A stretch of 62,184 nucleotides of DNA, filler included. It is 7 parts of 7 records of this genome, joined end to end, with 100 filler letters (N's around TTAATTAATTAA, not from the genome) between each part and the next. Parts side by side here need not be neighbours in the genome. Positions count along the whole stretch, not along the records: positions 50,468 to 55,853 come from SRR31147125_58907; positions 55,954 to 62,184 come from SRR31147125_59046; 5 more parts are not named here. One strand, given 5' to 3'. The position numbers were made by a program, and so were the translations under genes. Every line of letters begins with the position of its first letter. Within the stretch, counting starts at the first letter, position 1. Under the pieces are notes generated by a model. That model saw only the letters and a program-made list of their open reading frames with translations, was not told the origin of the DNA and ran no database searches. Positions 54,680 to 62,184 of this stretch are shown in pieces.

Positions 54680-54930
54680 ATCAAAAAAAGAAATCCAACT
54701 ATTAGACTACAGTGTACAAAGAAAAGCATAATCTCATTTATAAAAAATGTCTTACAAAGGGCATAGTTATACCGATTAGTTAATGACCTTAGCGTTAAAA
54801 TGGAAAATTTTAACACTGTCATTAATCTATCGGCATAATACCAAGTGCTAACTTCATTGTCAAAGGGTATTATTTGCTTTTTGAAATTTTGGGTTTTATT
54901 ATTTTGGTATCTTTGCGCCGATAATTCACT

Positions 54931-55853
54931 ATGGATATTTTAAGCACATATAAACAAGATACTACACAGGTTAATCTCTTGCAAGAGCATGTGCAATCCG
55001 CAAAAGAATTAGAGATTGGCAGAAAACCCGTTTCAGTTTTGCGAATTGAAAAAGGGAGGCTAAGACCGGGCAAATTCCGGCAAAAAAAACATATACACAC
55101 CAACAAATTAGAAACTGGCGATGGAAACAGGAAAACAAACTACTTGTCGACAGTTCGAGATATATTAAATCTCGCGAAGGTGTTGAACTTAGTTATACTG
55201 CTGAACAAGATTACAACATTGTACTCCCCATTCGCGAAAAAATTTCGGCAGGCACCGATTGGTTGACCATTGTTCTTTTTCTTGGAATATTATTATTTGC
55301 TACTATCCGGTATTCGTACGTAAAATATATAAGCCACCTGTATTTATCGTTATTTAACTATGCAACATCTTTGCGTTTACTTAAGGAAAAAAATTATCCG
55401 CTTTTTCATGCAGCGTATCGGCTCGATGTTATTTTCTATCTTACTTTTTCACTTCTCGTATTTCAGTCGTTAAACATTATAAAGTGGGAAAATCCGGTAA
55501 CAAACTGGAGCTATTTTGCCATTGTTCTCGTTGCGGTACTAGCTTATTTTTATTTAAAAAAATTAATCTATCTCTTCTTAGGATTAATTTTTGAAGCTGT
55601 TCCTGAAACACGGGAATACCTTTTTAATATGGATAATTTTAACCGTTCGCTCGGAATTATTTTACTCCCGGTAGTTGCGGTAATTTCTTTTTCGCCTGCT
55701 CAAAATCCTGATTTTATTGTGTTTGCAGGACTTACAATTGCCATCACCTTTAACATTTTGTTACTTCAGCGTGGTATTTCGCTATTATTAAAAAAACAAT
55801 TTTCGTTATTATATCTCTTTTTATACCTTTGTACCCTTGAATTTTTACCCTTG
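54931..55853 (+). CDS. DUF4271-like membrane protein (frameshifted, 3'-truncated)
   Basis: Multi-TM ORF 55263 ending YLFLYLCTLEFLPL; the upstream soluble part is split at A-runs. Confidence 0.7.
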
Positions 55854-55953
55854 NNNNNNNNNNNNNNNNNNNNNNNNNNNNNNNNNNNNNNNNNNNNTTA
55901 ATTAATTAANNNNNNNNNNNNNNNNNNNNNNNNNNNNNNNNNNNNNNNNNNNN
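55854..55953. other. Contig-joining spacer
   Basis: N block with TTAATTAATTAA. Confidence 0.98.
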
Positions 55954-55977
55954 AAAAATATTTTTAAAACACCATAT

Positions 55978-56841
55978 ATGTTTTTAGCGCCAGCATTATT
56001 ATTCTATTTGATGTTTTGGTTCTTACCAGTCATACTATCGTTCTTTCAAAGTTTTATATCAATTGATAATAAGTTTAGCTTTGAGAATTATGGTTTAATG
56101 TTTGAAGATCCATTGTTTTTTAAAGCACTCACAAATACATTAATATTTGCGGTTGTATCGCTTGTGATACAATTTACGATTGCTTTAGTACTCGCGATAT
56201 TAATCAACAGAAACTTTAAAGGATCTAAGTTATTTTTATTTATCATGCTTATTCCTATGGCATTGCCGCAATCAGCGGTAGGTATATTATGGAATACAGG
56301 TCTTATAGAATCTGGGTGGATTAATTCATTTTTTGAAGTGATTGGGCTACAAAGCGTTTTAGAAAGTTTTAATGTTGTTTCTGGACCAATTATTTGGAAA
56401 AATGTCACATCAATGGAAAGTTTAATGATGATCATATTAATTGATACATGGACTGTAACGCCTACTGTAATGATTATTATACTTGCAGGATTACAAAATT
56501 TTAATAAAGAGTATAGTGAAGCAGCTCAAGTGTTTGGTGCGACAAAGTTCCAAGCGTTAAAAGATATTGTTATTCCTATTATTAAGCCTTCCATTATTAC
56601 AGCATTAATGCTTAGACTTATTGCAGGTCTTCAAGTTTGGTTAATTAGTGTTATGATTTTTGGTTTCCAACGACAACCATTCTTATTAGAAAGAATTGTC
56701 TATTATACTGATAAAGTTCAAACGGGTGTTTATAGTTATAAACTAGCTGTTGCTTATTCTGTATTTACATTGTTAGTTGTGTTTACAATGGCATTTACTT
56801 TCTCTAAACTCACAAAAGGTAAAGATTGGAGGAAACAATAA
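55978..56841 (+). CDS. Carbohydrate ABC transporter permease 1
   Basis: Multi-TM; EAA loop LAGLQ..YSEAAQVFGATKFQ. Confidence 0.9.
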   Translation: MFLAPALLFYLMFWFLPVILSFFQSFISIDNKFSFENYGLMFEDPLFFKALTNTLIFAVVSLVIQFTIALVLAILINRNFKGSKLFLFIMLIPMALPQSAVGILWNTGLIESGWINSFFEVIGLQSVLESFNVVSGPIIWKNVTSMESLMMIILIDTWTVTPTVMIIILAGLQNFNKEYSEAAQVFGATKFQALKDIVIPIIKPSIITALMLRLIAGLQVWLISVMIFGFQRQPFLLERIVYYTDKVQTGVYSYKLAVAYSVFTLLVVFTMAFTFSKLTKGKDWRKQ

Positions 56842-57866
56842 TGTCAAATGTGAAAAAAACATTGTTTTATATTTTTATAACAGCAATCATGTTACTTGTT
56901 TTAATACCACTTAGTTATTTGTCAACGATTGCTTTTAGTAACTCTATTGAGATTAATGATTTTCCAAAAACTATATTACCAACGTTTAAAGAAGAACTTG
57001 TGATTGATTGGGATGAAGATAATAATTATTACATCATAAGTCGCATTGATAATGATGGTGAAGCTGAAGAGTTATACTATAGTTCTCAATATGATCGAAT
57101 CAGTAAATATTTTGAAACGTATTTAAATGTAAAAGTTGATGAAGAAACATTAGAAAATGATTTTTCACCAGCAAAAGATGATGGTGAAATATTAGAGATA
57201 TCATATCGGAAAAGTTTCTTTAATAATTTCCAAAAATTCTTTGAAGTCTTTGATGGTGCGGATAAGGCGTTATATAACAGTATTAAAGCAGCAATATATA
57301 CGATTATCATATCCATGAGTTTTGGTGGGGCTGTTGGATTTGCACTTGCTAGAACGAGCATCAAAGGTAAAGAAGCTGTGAGCATGGGAGCACTCATTGT
57401 TAGAATGTTTCCGGTTGTTTCAATATCAGTACCTATGGCGATTTTATTAATCCGTTATGGTATGTTTGATACAATGCTTGGGTTAGCAATTATTTATGCA
57501 ATACCTAACATAGGACTTACTGCTTGGATTACACGATCAATTTTTATGAGTGTTAATAAAGAGCTAGAAGAAGCAAGTTTAGTATTTGGTGCAAATAAAG
57601 TACAAACATTTAGAAAAATTACATTTCCTTTAGTACTTCCAGCATTTGCAGCATCAAGCATGTATGCATTTATTACTGCTTGGAATGATACTGCAGTATC
57701 ATTGTTATTAACCAATGAAAATGAAACACTTGCTTTATTGATATATAAATCTATGGGTGGTTCCGCATCGATTCAATATGCAGCATCTGGTGCAATTATA
57801 TTAATTTTACCAGCACTTGCATTTACATTCTTACTAAAAAATTATATTAATCAGATGTGGGGTTAG
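56841..57866 (+). CDS. Carbohydrate ABC transporter permease 2
   Basis: ELEEASLVFGANKVQTF..ITFPL, FITAWND; ATG overlaps the upstream stop. Confidence 0.9.
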   Translation: MSNVKKTLFYIFITAIMLLVLIPLSYLSTIAFSNSIEINDFPKTILPTFKEELVIDWDEDNNYYIISRIDNDGEAEELYYSSQYDRISKYFETYLNVKVDEETLENDFSPAKDDGEILEISYRKSFFNNFQKFFEVFDGADKALYNSIKAAIYTIIISMSFGGAVGFALARTSIKGKEAVSMGALIVRMFPVVSISVPMAILLIRYGMFDTMLGLAIIYAIPNIGLTAWITRSIFMSVNKELEEASLVFGANKVQTFRKITFPLVLPAFAASSMYAFITAWNDTAVSLLLTNENETLALLIYKSMGGSASIQYAASGAIILILPALAFTFLLKNYINQMWG

Positions 57867-57879
57867 AAAGGATAACATT

Positions 57880-58959
57880 ATGGCGTATTTAAGATTAGAA
57901 CATATAAAAAAAGTATATAATAACAAAGTTGAAGCTGTTAAATCTTTTGATTTAGAAATTAATCAAGGGGAATTTGTTGCTTTCCTAGGTCCATCAGGAT
58001 GTGGTAAAACAACCACATTACGTATGATTGCAGGACTTGAATCAGTTACAAAGGGTGATATTGTGTTAGAAGGGAAATCAATTGTTGGATTAGAACCAAA
58101 AGATCGTGGTATATCAATGATTTTCCAAAGTTATGCAGTGTGGCCACATATGAGTGTATATGATAATGTCGCTTATGCATTAAAATTACAAAAAATGAGT
58201 AAAGACGAAATAGATAAAGTTGTTCATGAAGTTGCTAAAATTTCTGATATTGAGCAATATTTAGATAGATATCCTTCTCAATTATCAGGAGGACAAAGAC
58301 AAAGGGTTGCAGTTGCTAGAGCTATTGCAGTTAAACCAAAACTATTTTTAATGGACGAACCCCTTTCAAATCTTGATGCTAAACTAAGAGTTTCTATGCG
58401 TACAGATTTAAAACGTATTCATCAAGATTTAGGTTCAACTTCAATATTTGTGACACATGATCAATCAGAAGCTCTAAGCTTAGCTGATCGTATTGTTGTC
58501 ATGAATCATGGTGTCATCGAACAAATCGGTAGTCCTCAAGAAATTTATCATGAGAGCGAAACCATGTTTATTGCGAAATTTATAGGATCGCCACCTGCGA
58601 ATTTCTTTAATGTTAAGGTCGAGATCAAAGATGATCAATTATTCTTAGTTCATCCAAGTTTTAGATTTGAATATAAAGGTCCTTTAAAAGAAACTTTAAA
58701 ACAAAAATATGCAGGACTGGAAGTTGTGTTATCAATTAGACCTGAAAATTTCACTGTAAATAAAAAAGGTGTACTTAAAACGCATGCTCAAATTATTGAA
58801 CCACAGGGTTCACATGTTATTATAAATGTTGATATCAATGGTGAAGATGTAAAAATTGTGACTGATCAATTTGATATTCAACCAGGTGATGAAATAAAGC
58901 TAGGTTTTACTGATCGTATTGCATTCTATGATCCAAAAACTGAGCATAGAATTAAATGA
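57880..58959 (+). CDS. Sugar ABC transporter ATP-binding protein (MalK/MsmK-like)
   Basis: GPSGCGKTT, LSGGQRQRVA, MDEPLSNLDAKLR, VTHDQ. Confidence 0.94.
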   Translation: MAYLRLEHIKKVYNNKVEAVKSFDLEINQGEFVAFLGPSGCGKTTTLRMIAGLESVTKGDIVLEGKSIVGLEPKDRGISMIFQSYAVWPHMSVYDNVAYALKLQKMSKDEIDKVVHEVAKISDIEQYLDRYPSQLSGGQRQRVAVARAIAVKPKLFLMDEPLSNLDAKLRVSMRTDLKRIHQDLGSTSIFVTHDQSEALSLADRIVVMNHGVIEQIGSPQEIYHESETMFIAKFIGSPPANFFNVKVEIKDDQLFLVHPSFRFEYKGPLKETLKQKYAGLEVVLSIRPENFTVNKKGVLKTHAQIIEPQGSHVIINVDINGEDVKIVTDQFDIQPGDEIKLGFTDRIAFYDPKTEHRIK

Positions 58960-58982
58960 TAATCCCTTCTCTAAAAGTGAAG

Positions 58983-59005
58983 AAAGCCTGTAAAAGGGCT
59001 TTTTT
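58983..59005 (+). terminator. Probable intrinsic terminator
   Basis: AAAGCC...GGCTTT stem followed by a T-run after the ABC operon. Confidence 0.5.
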
Positions 59006-59045
59006 CATATGATATAATAAAACTATAAGCAAGGATGGTAAAATC

Positions 59046-60155
59046 ATGGAAATAAGTAAAAGACAAGCACAAGCAGTTGTAAGTCATTTAAAAAGTGTCA
59101 TTAAAGAAGATATAAATTTCATTTCACCTGAAGGTACAATTATCGCCAGTTCTGATCCAGTACGTATTGGTAGTTTTCATGAAGGTGCATTTATTGTTGC
59201 AAAAAATCTTCAACCACTCATTATAGAAAAAGATAATCAATATGAAGGCGCTAAAAAAGGTATTAATTTGCCGGTCTTTTTAGAAGATCATTTGGTTGCG
59301 GTTGTGGGTATTACAGGAGAGATTGATCAGATCATTCAATTTTCAAATGTTATTGTAAAGATGAGTGAGATATTAGTTAAAGAAAACTATGTGAATACAC
59401 AAAAACAATTTAGACGTGAAAATAATCGTGTGATTATGGAGCTTATTTCTAAAGAAAATTTTAACGCTGAAATATTTCTGATGAAAATGCAGGAATTAAG
59501 CTTTGATATCCATGACTATCATTACATGCTAATCGCAGAACTTGATCAATTTGATGAACAAAATATTGAATTGAGTAATAAAATATATAATAGTATTGAG
59601 AAAAGAATAAATTTTCATGACTTGCTTGCGAGACATGAAAACAGATTTTTAATGTTATTACAAGAATATGATGTTTCTGTATTAATCAATGATTTTAGAC
59701 ATGTGAAAAATTATATAGAACAAAAGTATAAAGTAAACATTCGTGTTGGGATTTCTGAAAAAATAAATCACATACATGATTTCCCACACAGCTACAAACA
59801 GGCATCTGTTGTCCTTGACATGCATCATGTAAGTGATCAATATGATATAGAACAATTTGATGGATCCTCACTAGAATTTTTGTTCAAAGGCATTTCAAAT
59901 TCTATGAATCATGACTATGCGTCAAGGATACTAAAAGATTTAAATGAAAAAGAAAAAAATGATATTAAGCACATCGTCGATGTTTATATTGCAGCAAATG
60001 GATCGATTAATCAGGCGAGTGAAAAACTATTCATTCATAAAAATACCATGCAGTATCGATTAAATAAAATACAAACACTTACAGGATATAACCCAAGAGA
60101 ATTAAAAGATTTAATTAAACTCTATATTGCACTTCAATTAGATCAACAGAAATAA
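59046..60155 (+). CDS. CdaR/PucR-family transcriptional regulator (sugar diacid recognition domain)
   Basis: G.IIASSD..RIG.FHEGA, GINLP, VVGITG, C-terminal LFIHKNTMQYRLNKI..LTG. Confidence 0.92.
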   Translation: MEISKRQAQAVVSHLKSVIKEDINFISPEGTIIASSDPVRIGSFHEGAFIVAKNLQPLIIEKDNQYEGAKKGINLPVFLEDHLVAVVGITGEIDQIIQFSNVIVKMSEILVKENYVNTQKQFRRENNRVIMELISKENFNAEIFLMKMQELSFDIHDYHYMLIAELDQFDEQNIELSNKIYNSIEKRINFHDLLARHENRFLMLLQEYDVSVLINDFRHVKNYIEQKYKVNIRVGISEKINHIHDFPHSYKQASVVLDMHHVSDQYDIEQFDGSSLEFLFKGISNSMNHDYASRILKDLNEKEKNDIKHIVDVYIAANGSINQASEKLFIHKNTMQYRLNKIQTLTGYNPRELKDLIKLYIALQLDQQK

Positions 60156-60199
60156 AACAAAGCATCACTTACATTTTGTAAGTCAAATGCTTTGTTTTT
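60154..60199 (+). terminator. Long hairpin / probable terminator
   Basis: AAAACAAAGCAT..ACTTACA TTT TGTAAGT..ATGCTTTGTTTT inverted repeat. Confidence 0.6.
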
Positions 60200-60237
60200 A
60201 TTTTGGTGGTCATATAAAATGTATGTAGGTGATAAAT

Positions 60238-61278
60238 ATGAAAAATATAGAGTTTGGATTAATGACGTTTTTAGAAACAGGGCTTGATGAAGCATCAGGT
60301 ATGATTTCAGCAGAAAAACGAATAAAACATGCATTAGAAGAAATTAAGTTAGCCGATCAGTTACATATTGATTTTTATGGGATTGGTGAGCACCATAGAA
60401 AAGATTATGCTGCAACCAATCCTTTAACAATATTAGCTGCAGCAGCATCCATAACAAAACATATTCGTCTAGGGACTGCAGTTACTGTATTATCAAGTGA
60501 AGATCCAATTAGACTATACGAACAGTTTTCTACCCTAGATATCATATCTCAAGGGCGAACTGAAATTATGGCAGGAAGAGGTTCATTTACTGAATCGTTT
60601 CCATTGTTTGGCTATGATCTAAAAGATTATGATATGTTGTTTTCTGAAAAATTAGATTTATTATTAAATATTAAAAAACATGAAAACCTCACATGGGAGG
60701 GCAAACATCGTAAAAAACTAGAAAATGTATCTGTCTATCCTAGAGATCCTTATGATTTAAAAATATCAATTGGTGTTGGTGGTTCATATCATTCTGTGAT
60801 TCGAGCTGCTAAATTAGGTCTACCGATTGTGTTTGCGATTATTGGTGGGAGTCCTCTAAGATTTAAACCACTTATTGATTTATATAAGAAAACTTATATT
60901 GAATCTAATCATCCATTAGAAAAAATGGAAATGAGTATCGCATTGCACGGCCTTGTGACCAATGATATAGAAATAATACATCAATTATACTTTCCAGCAG
61001 CAAAAGCTCAATTTGAACAAATTGGACGTGAGCGTGGGTGGGGGAATCGTTTGACATATGCATCATATCTCGCAAGTACTAAACATGGACACTTATTTAT
61101 TGGAAGTCCAAAAGATATAGAAAAACGTATAATTGATACAATTAAGCAATTAGGTATCCAAAGATTCATCTTGCATACGCCTGGATCAATCATGCCTCAT
61201 GAGATGACATTAGAAAGTATAAGACTCTATGGTGAGCAAGTGATTCCAGCAATAAAGAAGGCACTTAAAAACAATTAA
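60238..61278 (+). CDS. LLM-class (luciferase-like) flavin-dependent oxidoreductase
   Basis: GIGEHHR, RLGTAVTVLSS.DPIR, GRGSFTESFPLFG, AIIGG. Confidence 0.9.
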   Translation: MKNIEFGLMTFLETGLDEASGMISAEKRIKHALEEIKLADQLHIDFYGIGEHHRKDYAATNPLTILAAAASITKHIRLGTAVTVLSSEDPIRLYEQFSTLDIISQGRTEIMAGRGSFTESFPLFGYDLKDYDMLFSEKLDLLLNIKKHENLTWEGKHRKKLENVSVYPRDPYDLKISIGVGGSYHSVIRAAKLGLPIVFAIIGGSPLRFKPLIDLYKKTYIESNHPLEKMEMSIALHGLVTNDIEIIHQLYFPAAKAQFEQIGRERGWGNRLTYASYLASTKHGHLFIGSPKDIEKRIIDTIKQLGIQRFILHTPGSIMPHEMTLESIRLYGEQVIPAIKKALKNN

Positions 61279-61284
61279 GTGAAG

Positions 61285-61310
61285 AAGACAACAAATCGTT
61301 GTCTTTTTCT
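61285..61310 (+). terminator. Probable intrinsic terminator
   Basis: AAGACAAC-AAATC-GTTGTCTT followed by TTTCT. Confidence 0.6.
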
Positions 61311-61372
61311 TTGATTTGCTTTACTTTTAGGTGTTTCTCACATAGAATAATAATGAAAGAAAAAGGTGAATC

Positions 61373-62184
61373 ATGAATCAAACATATGAAGTCGGTCAAA
61401 AACTTAATATTGACATTAAAAATATAGGGATTAACGGTGAAGGTATTGGCTATTTTCAAAAAATGGCAATCTTTGTCAATCAAGCGTTACCTAGAGAAAA
61501 TGTAGATGTAGAAATCACAGAAGTCTATGATAATCGATTGGTTGCAAAACTACTAGATATTCATCAAGAAAGTGATAAACGTATTAAACCGTTTTGTCCT
61601 ATTTATGAATCTTGCGGAGGATGTCAATTACAGCATCTCGATCCTCAAGAGGTTGCACAAACAAAAAGAAACATTGTCTTAGACTCTTTTCAAAGATATA
61701 CACATAGAAATCTACCACAAGATATTGTCCTAGATACAATAACAGCTGAAAAAGTAAAAGGATATCGTCATAAAATATCACTACCTGTAAGATTTACAGG
61801 TAAGAATCATGTTGGTATGTATGTAGCAGGCACAAGAAACTTTATACAAATGGATGAATGTCCTATTCATCATCCTGCACTTAATGAAGTCGTATTAGAG
61901 ATTTTATCATTAATGAACCATTATGGAATTAAAGGCTATGATGAAAAATATAAAAAAGGGCATGTGCTAACTTTAATCGCACGTATTTCTTCACTTGATG
62001 AAATTCAAGTGACATTTGTCATTCAAAAAAATCATTCAAAATATATTGAACTTGCCAAAGACCTAATGAAAAAAGATAAACGTGTTGTCTCTGTTTTTAA
62101 AGTCTTCGATCGCAAAGGCCAAAAAGTTGGTTTCTTTAATGATAGTTTAAGAAAGATTAAAGGTAAAGATACGATTACTGAAAA
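61373..62184 (+). CDS. rlmD: 23S rRNA (uracil-C5)-methyltransferase, runs off the window end
   Basis: Manual translation: TRAM domain IGINGEGIG..IFV..ALP.E, CPIYESCGGCQLQH Fe-S motif, YRHK. Confidence 0.88.
   Translation, partial: MNQTYEVGQKLNIDIKNIGINGEGIGYFQKMAIFVNQALPRENVDVEITEVYDNRLVAKLLDIHQESDKRIKPFCPIYESCGGCQLQHLDPQEVAQTKRNIVLDSFQRYTHRNLPQDIVLDTITAEKVKGYRHKISLPVRFTGKNHVGMYVAGTRNFIQMDECPIHHPALNEVVLEILSLMNHYGIKGYDEKYKKGHVLTLIARISSLDEIQVTFVIQKNHSKYIELAKDLMKKDKRVVSVFKVFDRKGQKVGFFNDSLRKIKGKDTITE

Noticed and set aside
55954-62184. Alternative genetic code (TGA=Trp) in the Mollicutes-like contig
   Set aside because: ORFs are full length under the standard code, Trp is TGG, and TGA ends the ATPase gene.

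Overview
This window is not one locus. It is seven unrelated metagenomic contigs joined by 100-nt N spacers carrying the six-frame-stop linker TTAATTAATTAA. Many genes are split at homopolymer runs, which looks like pyrosequencing-type error. Contig 1 (1-15052) holds one giant minus-strand surface protein of >4,800 aa (LEPRxLL motif, DUF4347, cadherin/Ig-like repeats) with one frameshift. Contig 2 (15153-24093, AT-rich) holds a decayed GH78 rhamnosidase, a DapA-family aldolase, lhgO, a glycerophosphodiesterase and a sigma-54 activator with a pseudo-receiver domain. Contig 3 (24194-35544, GC-rich, Desulfobacterales-like) is the most interesting. It carries an uncharacterised glycyl-radical-enzyme operon (repeat-domain hypothetical, GRE, SCP2-like protein, activase, DUF6765 Zn-hydrolase-like protein) behind two CRP-like boxes. 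A candidate defence island follows (SLATT/DUF4231, nucleoside-hydrolase-like/TPR DUF4071 protein, NB-ARC/TIR relic, second SLATT). Contig 4 (35645-42978) holds parC, mltF and a two-partner secretion pair. Contig 5 (43079-50367) holds a glycan cluster with an ACP/ligase/FabG/GNAT-like acylation module. Contig 6 (50468-55853, Bacteroidota-like) holds queD, polA, a mini HigA-like ORF, a Dus gene and DUF4271. Contig 7 (55954-62184, Acholeplasma-like low GC) holds a sugar ABC transporter, CdaR, an LLM oxidoreductase and rlmD. Family and taxon assignments come from motif recognition by eye; no database searches were run.
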